Assembly: GCF_006345805.1 (NCBI RefSeq)
Contig: NC_043002.1
Location: forward strand, 92,256,001 to 92,320,000
Direction of reading: 5' to 3'
Source: Octopus sinensis
Taxonomy: Eukaryota
DNA length: 64,000 nucleotides
Positions 12,500-25,860 of this stretch are shown here, in pieces; within the stretch, counting starts at the first letter, position 1, and each line of letters opens with the position of its first letter. The notes under the pieces were generated by a model. That model was not told where the DNA came from. It did not search any database and saw nothing but the letters and a program-made list of their open reading frames with translations. Made by a program: the position numbers and the translations under genes.

Positions 12500-12827
12500 A
12501 AGGACAAAAAGAAAAAAACAACAACTACAACTACAACAACAACTACAACTACAACAACAGCAACAACGACGACGACGACAACAGATGGCGCTCCAGGAGC
12601 AGGAGCAGGATGAAAGAGAGTCGGAATTTGATTCGACTTTGAGAGTTTTTTTAATATTTCATCATTTATTGGTTTCGCCATTAAACGGTATTGTCTGGGA
12701 AAACTAAAAAGTCAGTTGAGCAAGATTAACAACAACAGCAACAACAACAATAATAATAACAATAATAACAACAGCAATAATAATGATAATAATAATAATA
12801 AAAATAATAATAATGATAATAACAATG

Positions 12828-12888
<61 letters not shown>

Positions 12889-13608
12889 TAATAATAATAA
12901 TAATAATAATAATGATGATGATAATCAGAGTTCAATATTTTGTGGCTATTTTTCTGAGTCAACATGACTCAACATGGATATTATTTCATTCTCTGTATTT
13001 TTCTCTCCCATTTCGTCTGCATCCGCCAACGGCCACCACCCCTCGCTTTTCTTTCTCTAATCATTCTCCCTTTATTCTATTGGTCGCTTACGTTTGAACT
13101 ATTTCACACATTTATCTTTATTTGTATTTATATTATGTTTCTAGGTTGTCGTTGTTGTTTTGTAATGTTTTTTTTTTACTTCTGTACACTACTATGGCCC
13201 TTTGTAATTTTATGTCCCCCCCACACACACCAACATCCCCTCATTTGTCGTCCTTGTGGCTATAAAATAAACCATTATTACTATTATAAAGTATTATTAT
13301 CGGCATATTCGTCATCATTATCACCAACTCCTCCGCTATCGTCGTCGTCGTCATCATTATCATCATTATCATCATTATCATCATTATCATCATCGTCGTC
13401 ATTGTCATCGTCATGTCATCGTTATCATCATCATCATTATCATCATTGCCATCGTCGTCGTACCCCGTCATCGCCGCCGCCGTCTCATTGCTTGCCTCAC
13501 CCCCCCCCCTTATTTGCTGAAAAGCGTCCAATATTCTAGCAGATGGATAATATTGGGAGCATTTATTCAGTCAGTCATGCATGAGTACACACACACACAC
13601 GCGCACAC

Positions 13609-13652
<44 letters not shown>

Positions 13653-14237
13653 ATACACACACAATCTTACACATGTGTGTTTATGTATGAGTGCGTGTGT
13701 GTGTGTGTGTGTATTTGTGCGTGTGTATGTATGATGCAAATATATATATATATATGCTCCAGTATGGGAGCAGACTAACGGCTACAACGTATAAAAGACT
13801 TAAAACAAATATATATATATATATTTATGTATATATGCATGGGTGTATGTATGTGTGTATATATGTATGTGTGTGTATATGTATGTATGCATGCTTGTAT
13901 GTATGTATGTATGTATGTATGTATGTATGTATGTATGTGTGTGTGTGTGTGTATGTATGTGTATGTGTATACTTATATTCTGTCCATTACAAAATGAAAG
14001 ATGGTCACTAACAAAGTGACAAAGATTCCTTTTGCTTGAAGTTATGACAGCTTTAAAGTTTTGTGAATTATTGAACTGATTGGTTTCTGCACGTGTGTGT
14101 GTGTGTGTATGTGTGCGCGTGTGTGTGTGTGCGTGTGTGTGTGTGCGTATGTGTGTGTGTGCGTGTGTGTGTGTGTGTGAACCCTGTTACTTAAGTGCAC
14201 AAATGCGTGTGCTTTTTTCCATGTGCTTCATTACTGC

Positions 14238-14278
<41 letters not shown>

Positions 14279-14589
14279 TGACGTGTGTGTGTGTGTGTGT
14301 GTGTATGTGTGCGAGTGTGTATGTGTGTGTGTATGTGTGTGAGTGTGTATGTGTGTGTGTATGTGTGCGAGTGTGTATGTGTGCGTGTGTGTGTGTGTGC
14401 GTGTGTATGTGTGTGAGTGTGTATGTGTGTGTGTATGTGTGTGAGTGTGCATGTGTGTGTGTGTGCGTGTGCGTGTGTGCGTGTGTGTGTGTGCGTGTGT
14501 GTGTGTGTGTGTGTGAACCCTGTTACTTTAGTGCACAAATGCGTGTACTTCATTACATGTTCTTCATTACTGCTTGTGTTGGTATGTGT

Positions 14590-14630
<41 letters not shown>
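12500..14630. repeat. Microsatellite block: (AAC/AAT)n, (TCA)n, (CA)n, (TATG)n and long compound (GT)n
   Basis: Direct reading. Confidence 0.95.
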
Positions 14631-14633
<3 letters not shown>

Positions 14634-14837
14634 GTTGTTGGTAGAATCATTAGCATGCCGGAGGGAATGCTGAACGGCATTTCGTTCGTCTTTATGTTCT
14701 GTATTTAAATGCCACCGAGGTCAACTTTGATTTTCATTCTTTCGGGGTCGATGAAATAAGTACCAGTCAAGTACTTTACCCATCCCTCCAAATTTCAGCC
14801 TTTAGTAAAAAGGAACATTATTATTATTATTATTATT

Positions 14838-15273
14838 ACTTTTTTTTTTCTTCTTTCAAATTTGCTTCCATTTCTTGCCGAGCGTCTTCCCGACTCCTAG
14901 GGCAAAGAAACTCATAGTATACATCGGTAGGCCATTAAACCAAACTCAATAGTACGTTCATTTTTCAAAAAATTTTTTTTTTAAGTTAAATTAAAATACA
15001 TGAGCAGCAACAGTTCTCACATCGACAATGCTCTTCTCAATACGTGTGATGTACCAGTTAAGACAATCTTTTGCACTTCTTGCAGGGATGGTAAGCCAGG
15101 GATCATTCTCATATAATTTTCGGTTCCCTTCTTGATCATTCCTAGTGCTCCTACGATCACTGGTATTGTAACCGCCTTGTGATGCCACATTTTCTCAATT
15201 TCAATGAGTAGGTCTTTATATTTTCTGAGCTTGTCAAACTCTTTCGCTGAGATATTATGATCACAGGGGATGC

Positions 15274-15275
<2 letters not shown>
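14838..15275 (-). mobile_element. R4/Dong-clade RLE retrotransposon, 3' end (copy 1)
   Basis: SIPCDHNISAKEFDKLRKYKDLLIEIEKMWHHKAVTIPVIVGALGMIKKG...LRRALSM* plus a 3' UTR; both ends abut (TAA)n. Confidence 0.85.
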
Positions 15276-15324
<49 letters not shown>

Positions 15325-15386
15325 TATTATTATTATTAATATTATTATTATTATTATTATTATTATTTATTATTATTATTATTATT

Positions 15387-15437
<51 letters not shown>

Positions 15438-15464
15438 CTTGTTCTTGTTCTTGTTTTCATTAGC

Positions 15465-16285
15465 ATCTTCATTTAGTTCTGCTTCCATTTCATGTCGAGT
15501 GTCTTCTTAACACATAGGACAGAGAAAAGTACTGAATACATGGGTAGGCCATTAAAATAAACACACCAGATTATTCATTTACAAAATCATGTGATAGACA
15601 AATGAGAGAAGAAAGACTGAGAGAAAAAGGAAAAAATAAAAAATAAAGTAAACAAAGAAAATAAAGGAGAAAAAGGGAAATAAAATTCACAGCGACAATG
15701 CTCTTCTCAGTACGCGTGACGTACCAGTTAAGACAATCTTTTGTACTTCCTGCATGGATGGTAAGCCAGGGATTACTCTTAAATAATTTTCAGCTCCTTT
15801 TTTTTATCATTCCAAGTGCTCCAACAATCACTGGTATTGTAACCGTATTGAGGTGCCACACCTTTTCGACTTCGATTAGCAAGTCTTTTATATTTTCTGA
15901 GCTTATCAAATTCATTTGCCAAGATATTATGGTCACAGGGTATGCTCATGTCAATCAATAAACAGACTTTATTGTTTTGGTCTTTCACAACAATATCTGG
16001 CATATTTGCTTTGATGGTCCGGTCTGTACATACTGGGAAGTCTCAAAGAATGGATATATTCTCTCCCAGAGGGTGGTGCTTGTACCATTTGTCAGCAGTT
16101 TTGATTTTATAATGCCGATACATTATCCAATGTAGATATTGGCTAACTTTGTCATATCTTCATTTGTACTCTACAGGCGCTAAAACCTTACACCCAGAGA
16201 TGAGGTGGTCCACTGTTTCAATCCCATCGTTGTGATATCGGCACTTTAGGTCTACACTACTTTTCATCACATTGGCTTGATAGTT
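15465..16285 (-). mobile_element. R4/Dong-clade retrotransposon, decayed 3' part (copy 2)
   Basis: YQANVMKSSVDLKCRYHNDGIETVDHLISGCKVLAP..., then PDIVVKDQNNKVCLLIDMSIPCDHN, and a diverged 3' UTR at ~15470-15580. Confidence 0.8.
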
Positions 16286-16306
16286 ATTATTATTATTATC
16301 ATTATT

Positions 16307-16430
16307 ACTTTTTTTCTTCTTTCAAATTTGCTTCCATTTCTTGCCGAGTGTCTTCCAGACTCCTAGGGCAAAGAAACTCATAGTATACATTGGTAGGCCA
16401 TTAAACCAAACTCAATAGTTCGTTCATCAT
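16307..16430 (-). mobile_element. R4/Dong-clade 3' UTR-only insertion (copy 3)
   Basis: ~120 bp nearly identical to 14838-14960, between (ATT)n arrays. Confidence 0.85.
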
Positions 16431-16452
16431 TTTTTTTAAAATTATTTTTTTA

Positions 16453-16583
<131 letters not shown>

Positions 16584-16867
16584 GATGTAGTGTTGAGTAT
16601 TTACGTTTCTTAATGCCTTTCCCTGTCCAAAACATTTTTATAAATTTGTCCTAAACTTTTAGTTAAACCCTATTTCATAAATTCTGAGTTATAGAAAGCT
16701 TTTGTTTCATAAGTCCCAAGTGTAATGGTTGTGTATCATATATGATGCATGAACGCCAAGGAAATATTTCCTGGGTGTCATACATAGGACAAGCAAAGTG
16801 TTAACGCCCTTAGTTTAAATAAAAGTTGACTTTGTTTCTGATAGACATCTACAAATATTGTTGACAT

Positions 16868-17350
16868 AGGCACAGGAGTGGCTGTGTATAGGCGCAGGAG
16901 TGGCTGTGTGGTAAGTAGCTTGCTTACCAACAACATGGTTCCAGGTTCATTCCCACTGCGTGGCACCTTGGGCAAATGTCTTCTACTATAGCCTCGGGCC
17001 GACCAAAGCTTTGTGAGTGGATTTGGTAGACGGAAACTGAAAGAAGCCCGTCGTATATATGTGTGTATGTGTATGCGTGTGTGTGTGTGTGAACCCTGTT
17101 ACTTTGGTGCACAAATATATATATATGTATGTATGTGTGTGTGTTTATGCGTTTGTGTTTGTCCCCCCAACATCGTTTGACAACCGTTGCTGGTGTGTTT
17201 ATGTCTCCGTAACTTAGCGGTTCGGCAAAAAAACACCGATAGAATAAGTACTAGGCTTACAAAGAATAAGTCCTGGGGTCGACTTGCTCGACTAAAGGCG
17301 GTGCTCCAGCATGGCCACAGTGAAATGACTGAAACAAATAAAAGAGAAAA
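16868..17350 (+). mobile_element. SINE family A, full length, with a duplicated first ~22 nt
   Basis: aggcacaggagtggctgtgtat/aggcgcaggagtggctgtgtgg head, internal microsatellite and standard tail. Confidence 0.9.
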
Positions 17351-17473
17351 GAGAGAAATGACTCTACGGCAGAAATCATCATACAATTATGGAAATTTTA
17401 CAGTTAATATAATACAAACCAGAAATACTTTTATGTAGTATATTACGCTCAATTTTTGTCCTTGGGTAGCAAC

Positions 17474-17511
<38 letters not shown>

Positions 17512-17825
17512 TATTATTATTATATTATTATTATTATTATTATTGAGTGAGAGAGCAGTTCATGCCATCAAAGTGACACTGGGGTAAAATATACGAAGCC
17601 CAATATACCCATTATGACTACCCGTCTGATAAGGGTACACCAGGCACATGCATCACAACCATATGTGCGCGACATGGTGATCTCATATCAAGATAAACAG
17701 CACATGACCTTGCAGGTGGGACCCAGTTAGAATTTTCTTCAGGTCGAGTAGCCCATCCCGCTCAAAAGGTCCCTGAATAAGGGTTGTTCAAGGATGTTGA
17801 AAGAACCACCCATGTTTCCAGAGCC

Positions 17826-19351
17826 GGTATTGATACATCAATTAGAAAGCATTTTTTTTCTTCATGGTCTCTGACAACTATATCTGGTCTGTTGGCCTTA
17901 ATTTCTCTATCTGTGTGTATCGGCATATCCCAGAGTATGGTTGCTTTCTCGTTTTCTGTGACCTTTTCTGGTGTGTGCCTATACCATCTTTTTTCTGTTG
18001 TTATTCCATAATGTTGGCATAGCTTCCAATGTATGTAGGTTCCAACTCTGTCATGTCTGTGAATATATTCCTTCTTAGCCAGGACTGGGCAGCTAGAGAT
18101 AATATGATTTATTGTTTCTTGTCCATCTCCACATATTCTGCAGTTACTTGTAATATTTCTTTTCATTACATGTTTTTGGTAATTTCTGGTGGGGAGGCTT
18201 TGGTCTTGTGCTGCAATTAAAAATCCCTCTGTTTCTGCTTTGAGTCCTGAGCTTCTCAACCATTGCTGGGATTTTTCTTTGTCTATTTCTTTTGCGTTTA
18301 GTTTAGTCCAGTATTTACCATGAAGGGGCTTTTCTTGCCATCGTTTTATCATGGTTCGTTGCTGTTCTATTTTTAGTTTGGATTTCATTTGTTTTATAGC
18401 TTTTGTTGTTTCTTCATCTTCTTCTTCTTCTTCATGTTTATTAGGTGGTATGATTTCTTGTTTGTATTTGTCAGCTTCCTTAAATACTGAAAACAGTTTT
18501 TTGTTTTGCTCGTGTTTTGCCGCTATCTGGATCAGTTTTCCTTCCTTCTGAAATAGATATTTTTGCAGTCCTATGGTGGTTATTTTATAGTAGTTTTCCA
18601 GCTGTATAAGGCCTCTAACACCTTCTATACGTTGTATATATAGTCTTTCTATGTCAGATTTTGGGTGATGCATCCTAGATCCTGTCATTATTTTTCTTGT
18701 TTTCCTATCCATTTTGGTCAGTTCATTTCGTGTCCAGTTAAGGATATTGTAGCTGTAACTTATAACTGGGACAGCTAAAGTGTTAATACCTATTATCTTG
18801 TTTTTAGCATTGAGCTCTGTGTTTAGTATTGATCTAACTCGTCTATAATATTCTTTTTTTATTTTCTCTTTCATTTGTGTGTGTTGTGTCTTATCTAGTT
18901 CATGGATTCCTAAGTATTTGTAAGTTTGGCTTTGGTCTAATTCTTTTATTTCATTGGTTTTATCTAGTGTGATGTTGTTACTCTTAACTAGTTTTCCCCT
19001 TTTCATGGTTACTTTGGCGCATTTTTCTAATCCAAATTTCATATCTATTTCTTTGGTAAATCCATGAACTGTCTTTAATAGTGTTTCCAGCTGTTTGTCA
19101 TTTGCAGCGTATAGTTTTAGGTCATCCATATATAAAAGGTGGCTGATCGTTTTGCCGTAACATTTATATCCGCATCCAGTTCTATTTAGCATATCAGATA
19201 GAGATGACAGTGCCAAGCAGAAAAGGAGTGGAGAGAGCGTGTCTCCCTGGAATATTCCTCTCTTAATGGGGATGTCTTTGGTTTTCATGAGTCCCTCTTT
19301 TGTTTGGAGGTGTAGGACTGTTTGCCATTTATTCATAGAGTGCTCTATGAA

Positions 19352-19354
<3 letters not shown>
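17826..19354 (-). mobile_element. R4/Dong-clade non-LTR retrotransposon, 5'-truncated; uninterrupted RT + CCHC + partial restriction-like endonuclease (~510 codons)
   Basis: ORF 17762-19441 contains GIFQGDTLSPLLF, HLLYMDDLKLY, YKYLG, CRICGDGQETINHIISSC and NRPDIVV...LIDVSIP. The N-terminal poly-Ile is only the (AAT)n flank. Confidence 0.92.
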
Positions 19355-19411
<57 letters not shown>

Positions 19412-19437
19412 CATTATTATTATTGTTATTATTATCA

Positions 19438-19476
<39 letters not shown>

Positions 19477-19589
19477 TATTATTATTGTTGTTGTTGTTGT
19501 TATTGTTGTTGTTGTTATTATTATTATTATTATTGTTATTATTATCATTATTATTATTATTATTATTATTACTATTATCATTATTATTA

Positions 19590-19636
<47 letters not shown>

Positions 19637-19724
19637 GTTGCTATTATTATTATTATTATTATTGTTATTATTATTATCATTATTATTATTATTATTATCA
19701 TTATTATTATTATTATTATTATTA

Positions 19725-19771
<47 letters not shown>

Positions 19772-19820
19772 GTTGTTATTATTATTATTATTATTATATT
19801 ATTATTATTATTATTATTAT
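19355..19820. repeat. ~465-bp (ATT)n/(GTT)n microsatellite
   Basis: Direct reading. Confidence 0.97.
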
Positions 19821-21019
19821 TGCTTACCCCAAGAAAGTATGAAAAATGGCTAATATTTCCTTCAAAGTTTGCTTTTGTTACATTTATTCAAGCCCCAAAG
19901 AATCCCTCTCAACACATGACTATGATGCTCCCCCGCTACTCCTGCTCATCATCAGTGATGCACATATTGTCAGCCGCTAATGAACAAGTTCAAGTAGTTA
20001 AGCGCAAGCAACTAACAAGCAAATCTTTGGCATTGAGCAGTATATATTTTGCTATAACGATATTTCTGCATCAGCAACTCAACGCCGAATCTGTCTGAAC
20101 TGCAATGGAAAACAAGTGAGCTTCAAAACATTGATGTCCCTGTCATAAAAAGCAAAGTTAGAAGAGAATATTAGTCATCTCCTTTGATTTCTAGATAGAA
20201 GCAAATAGGAAATAACAATTACTGACCAAAGACAAAAAAATAAATTAAATTAAATAAAAATCAATCTATTTTCTATTATTTACATAACGTTGAATAGTCA
20301 AACAAAATACGTGCTAAATAGGAAACGCTCGTTTTTTTCTATTAACCCACTCCGATGTAAATATTGTAACTTGATGTTTTAGATGTTATCTTATTTTTAG
20401 AGTTATTTGTTAAAGCTGATCTATGATAACGTAGCGTGTATTTGTATATGTGTATTTCTACGTGCGGGGGTTAACACATTTCGTTTCCTAATCATGAGGT
20501 CCCAAGTTCGATCTGATTGTTTGGCATCATGGGTAGAGATCTTTTGTTATTATTTCGATTCAATCCAAGTCTTGTGAGGGGAAATATGTCGACGGAAACT
20601 GAATAGAAGGGCCACAGGATGGAGCGCATTCATAATTCAAACGTTGAGTCTTGCCACACAGTCATACTGATTGTGATTGAGAATTATGTTAAGGGTACTG
20701 TGTATCAGAGGGTTACTAAGCCACCTACATTATAATTTAATGAGCAGATAAATTAGCTGCTCAAACAAAATTCTCATTGCCAAAACGGATGGAGACCCAT
20801 TTACACTTTTATGCGCATGTGCATGGGTGTGCTTTCGTATGTCAGTTTTGTGATTGAATGTATTGCCTGCATATCGACATGTATGCGTATATATTTACGT
20901 TGTCTTCAAGAATATCTGCTTAGGTAAATGAAAAAGATGTTGTATGAAAAGCTCGTGGAATAACAGATAAGTTGTGTATTATTTGATATGTTGGGGAAGA
21001 CCACATCCTACCAACACAC

Positions 21020-21215
21020 CTATTTCTTTACTACACACAAGGAGCTAAACACAGAGAAGACAAACAAAGACAGACAAACGGATTATGTCGATTATGTCGA
21101 CACCAGTGCTTAACTGGTACTTATTTAAACGACTCTAAAAGGATGAAAGGCAAAGTCAACCACGGCAGAATTTGAACTCACTGGCGTGCTAACGTTTCTA
21201 CCAGCTCACCGCCTT
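21020..21215 (-). mobile_element. SINE family B, diverged. Further diverged copies at ~14650-14800(+), 21560-21710(+), 26975-27135(-), 31700-31885(-), 38075-38220(+) and 38247-38470(+)
   Basis: Shared core gaggtcgactttgcctttcatcctttcggggtcgataaattaagtaccag. Confidence 0.75.
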
Positions 21216-21949
21216 TCCCTACCAACATACCTTTCAAACTTAAAATGTTAGAAGATCCATTAAGCTAGACATTGCAAACACAAATTTATGAAGGATGTGT
21301 CAGTTACATTATTTGTTAACATAGAACAAAAATAAATAAAATATGAATGCATTTAAATATCAATAAAGCGAAATGATTGGAATACTGTGAGATATAACCA
21401 AAGTTATTCACCGTCAAAAACAACATTACCGCACCTCACCATGCAGGAGAAGCACTCATCTAGAACACTCAAAATTGTTCTCACTTGTGTTTCTCATTGT
21501 AACTGAAAGGCGGTTACCTGGCAGAGAGCTGCTTGCCCGCGGGACAACATGCTTAAAGGCTCAAATTTCACCGAAGACCACTTTGCCTTTCATCCTTTCT
21601 GGACCGATAAAGTAAGTACCAGTCTAGTACAAGGGTCGATGTAATCAACTTACCTACTTCTATCAAAAACTGTTGGCGGCCCTGGCCTAAAATTTGAAAC
21701 CCTTATAACTGAAAGCCCATCTTTACTGTAGCTGGAGTATTCAAACGATTGGCGTTTCTTTTCTGGGATCATAATATACTTCAATTTCCAACAATCTCGG
21801 ATGAGGTCACATCTGAGTCAGAGTTACTTTAGCACGCACGCACGCGTGCACACATGCGTGCAGACGCATGCACACATTTATACACACACACATTCTGGAC
21901 TGGCTTAAAATCAATCACAGACATGATCCATTCTCTAAACTACAGGTGG

Positions 21950-22215
21950 GTTCTCTTCTCCTTCTACCGCTTCTACTGATACTATAAAGGCTTCTTCTCA
22001 TCGAAGCTGGCTGGGCATGTCACTTCCACTCAAGAATTCCGAACTCACTCATCTCTCCAACTCTCATTACCTCTTTACCTTTGTTGTGTCCAAATTCCCA
22101 GACCTGAACGTATCCTAAGCCCATTTTTTATATCCCAGAATGTCGGAATTCCCTTTCAACTAGTGTTGTTCCTGCAGTTGCTTGAGCTATATAAAAGAAA
22201 GTTAAAATTACCTTC
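21950..22215 (+). mobile_element. Old LINE (L2/Jockey-group) ORF C-terminal remnant
   Basis: Decayed FY..YYKGFFSSKLAG...RNSLSTSVVP pattern, typical of the post-RT end of such LINEs. Confidence 0.4.
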
Positions 22216-22236
22216 TCGAGCCATGTCGACTCACAA

Positions 22237-22480
22237 GGGCAGGTTCCCGGTTTCATGGCGTATAAATTTCCCACTTGGACAGGACGCCGGTCCGTCGCAG
22301 AATTACTCATTTTTACCAGTTGAGGGGATTGGAGCAACGGGAAATGAAGTGTTTTGCTCAAGAACACGTCGCGTCACCCGGTCCAGGAATCGAAATCACT
22401 ATATTAATATCATGAGCCACCCGGTCCAGGAATTGAAACCACTATCTTACTATCCTGAGCCACACTAAGCCACGTGCCTC
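22237..22480 (-). mobile_element. Chimeric SINE: D-type head plus F-type tail
   Basis: ggagcaacgggaaatgaagtgttttgctcaagaacac matches family D; 22237-22292 matches the tail of 53781-54058. Confidence 0.65.
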
Positions 22481-23046
22481 CTCGGTTGTTTGAGTTATAA
22501 ATGTTTAAGAAAAACATTAAGGACCTCGATCTCACCGAACTAGGAAAACCTGTGAAGGCCATGAGTACTTCTCCATTCTCAAGACCTAACAAATAAAAAC
22601 GTATTTTTCTACAGAGATATTAATAAAACTAACAGCATTTACTTCAGACCGTAGTCTCTACTAAGAGCGCATTCTCTTATATAACGCCACTAATAACATC
22701 TAATACGATCAAACATGTCGTTTAGAATAATGTATAGCATTACACATGCTTCTGGTGAAGTTCGTAACAATTTTCATCAGATAGAATGTACCAGCATTAA
22801 TAGAAACCTCGTGAAAATGATCGCAAGCGTGGCCAAAAACACGAACTCCTGTGATATAACAAGCAATTATTTTCCTTTTCCCCGAGACAAAATGCAAAAT
22901 TATTCTTAAATAGGAAAACCTGAATAAAGAATTTGTTTAAGAGATTTCTCAGCCATGAAATTAACAAGGTATGCATCCAGAAGTGTAGTTTCCAATATCG
23001 TTATAAACGAATGTATAAATGCATTATTCTAGCTTATAGTTATGTT

Positions 23047-23093
<47 letters not shown>

Positions 23094-23586
23094 ATATATA
23101 CATACGTACGTACACACACGCGAGCACACACACACATATACAGTCATTTATGCGCATTTTTACAGATTCAGCGGACTGATCGAATTATAGATAAATCCGT
23201 CTGCCTGCTTCTAATTGACATGTGTTTATATTAATTGTGAATATATGTATGTATGTATGTGAAAAAAAAAAAAGGCCCTGTCCGAGTAACAGTAAGAGTC
23301 TGCTAAATGTAAACTATATTAACCATGTTAAATGTTTCAACAACGGACAACAATCTACACTCAATATGTTTAATGTGATACATAAAACACTTGTTGAGAC
23401 GGATAAATGTTCGGACATCCTGTCTATGATAATCTTAATGAAATTTCTGTGGTAGAAATTACTTCCACTACTTTGTATATTATTATGTAGCGTTTTAGCG
23501 TTTGCCAATCAAATTTGTTTTGCTTTATAAATTTTCAGACATCTTGTCTCACGGAAAATGTTTAAAATGTAAAACAAATTGCATTC

Positions 23587-23589
<3 letters not shown>

Positions 23590-23661
<72 letters not shown>

Positions 23662-23663
23662 CA

Positions 23664-23721
<58 letters not shown>

Positions 23722-23755
23722 CCTATCTATCTATCAATCTATCTATCAATCTATC
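23590..23755. repeat. (TATC)n microsatellite
   Basis: Direct reading. Confidence 0.97.
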
Positions 23756-24495
23756 TTACACACACACACACACACATATATATATATTGTTGTTGTTGTT
23801 GTTGCCGCGGTTATAAATTATAAGTCATTTAAATATTGATATTGCAATGTCTATCGATCTGGTTTTCTAGACGTCTAAGTACACAGCCAAATGGCTACAT
23901 CTACATGTTAGTTAGTTTATTATTTAAAATACCTCGATATATTAGACTGTCTGTTTAGCAATGTATCTTTGTATCTTTACATATCCATCTATATACTAAA
24001 AGGCTGAATAAATTCAATTTGATATCCAGTTCTTGTCCGACAGTAGGGACTACTTCATACAAGACACATAAATGTGGTTTAAACACTGGTTTGAATTTTT
24101 GTGGGTTTGATTAATGTGTATGTGATTTCGAACTGACATTGCTGGGATGATGTCTACAAAATGGTTGTAAATAATGGTAACGTAAACAATGGTAACTCTT
24201 TAATTGGGATGTTGAGCATATTTGGTTTATCTGTTTCTGCCAAACCAAGTTGTGATTGTCAGTTCTGCAAAACTTCCACAGAACGTCTACAGGCTGTGCC
24301 ATTCATGTAATTCCATATACGGTCGGATTAATTATTTCATTTACCGGTATGTCATTCAAGTTTGACCCTCCAGAATGGTGGAATATACGAAACAATGTAT
24401 TCTGTGTGATGAATTTCATTGGCTTAATTTGATGTTAACTTCGTGAGGTATAGCACGTTCAAAGTCGAATACGGTTTGTTTCGAATTAAGTAGGA

Positions 24496-25043
24496 CATGT
24501 ACCGAACGAGTACCAGATGTACAAAGTTGATTAGAAGCTATTCAAAATTGAGTGTGGCATGTATGAAATTGGATACATGTAGCAATTTGAATACAGCATG
24601 TAGTACATTATGTATGACGTACTAATTTGAAATGCTTCATGAGCAAGACATGTATTAAGTCGAGTAAAATCTGTATAAATTTGAATGCAACATATTGTAA
24701 TTTAAGTAAAACGTAACAAATAGAATAGGACACATGCCTAGTATAGTATGACGCGTACAAAGTACAGTAGGACATTTATCAGGTACATTGCGGTATGTAC
24801 CAAATACAGTACGGTACGTACCACACACCGTGTAAAATGTACAAAAATACAGTGGGACATGTAGTAAATACAATAGAATATGTACCAAGTACTTAATAGT
24901 ATGTACCATGCATAGAAAGAGATGTATCGAGTACAGTATATGTAGCAAGAATTGTAGGAGATGCGTCAACGTCTGCAAAATATGCACCATGGATAACAAG
25001 AGCGGTACCAAGTACAACTCAATATGTACCAAGTATAGTACCT
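24496..25043 (+). repeat. Degenerate 21-bp minisatellite (~25 units, consensus approx. YATGTACCAAGTACAGTANNN)
   Basis: catgta/tatgta/gatgta recur mostly every 21 nt, most clearly over 24730-25043. Confidence 0.7.
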
Positions 25044-25215
25044 TATAATAGTCGACTTAGAAATTATGTCCAGTTGCAAGTGTACCAATCGTATTCAATT
25101 TTACTGTTAAGTGTGTTTGTCAGAATATAAAGTCGGACTAGGCATGTGTATAAGGTAATTTCGTGATTCTGTATGTGTGTATGTGAAGGTATGTGCATGC
25201 ATATGTGTATATATA

Positions 25216-25413
25216 CGAGGAGGTACTGAAAAGTTCCTGGCTTTAAGGGTGTCGCGAAAGGCCTGGGTGAAGGCCCAACCTTCCGAGTTCTTTTACAGGG
25301 CTTAGAAAAACTGAAGGACTACTGCAATATGTGTGTGAATCTGATGGGGGAATATGTCGAATAAAACCGTAATTAGCTGACCCAAAGCCAGGAACTTTTC
25401 AGCCCAATCCTCG
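25216..25413 (+). mobile_element. Mariner-derived MITE (198 bp)
   Basis: TIRs cgaggaggtactgaaaagttcctggcttt / aaagccaggaacttttcagcccaatcctcg, a left TA, and the internal transposase end GLEKLKDYCNMCVNLMGEYVE*. Confidence 0.8.
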
Positions 25414-25414
25414 T

Positions 25415-25797
25415 TTATACATAGATACATACATACATACATACATACATACATACATGCATGCATACATACATACATACATACATACATGCATACATAC
25501 ATGCATACATATATACATGCATACATACATGCATAAATACATGCATACATACATACACACATACATACATACATACATACATGCATGCATACATACATAC
25601 ATACATACATACATACATACATACATGCATGCATGCATGCATACATACATACATACATACATACATACATGCATACATACATACATACATACATGCATAC
25701 ATACATGCATATATACATACATGCATACATACATGCATACATACATACATACATACATACATACATACATACATACATACATACATACATACATACA

Positions 25798-25830
<33 letters not shown>

Positions 25831-25860
25831 GTGTGTGTGTGTATGTGTATACATATATAT
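25415..25860. repeat. (CATA)n/(CATG) microsatellite
   Basis: Direct reading. Confidence 0.97.

Noticed and set aside
19331-19352. 10-bp-arm hairpin attcatagag-tg-ctctatgaat at the Dong 5' junction
   Set aside because: Short and AT-rich, and it lies in frame within plausible coding sequence; chance cannot be excluded.
20342-20474. TTAA-CCC...GGG-TTAA, a possible piggyBac MITE
   Set aside because: The inverted match does not extend convincingly beyond 3-4 nt.
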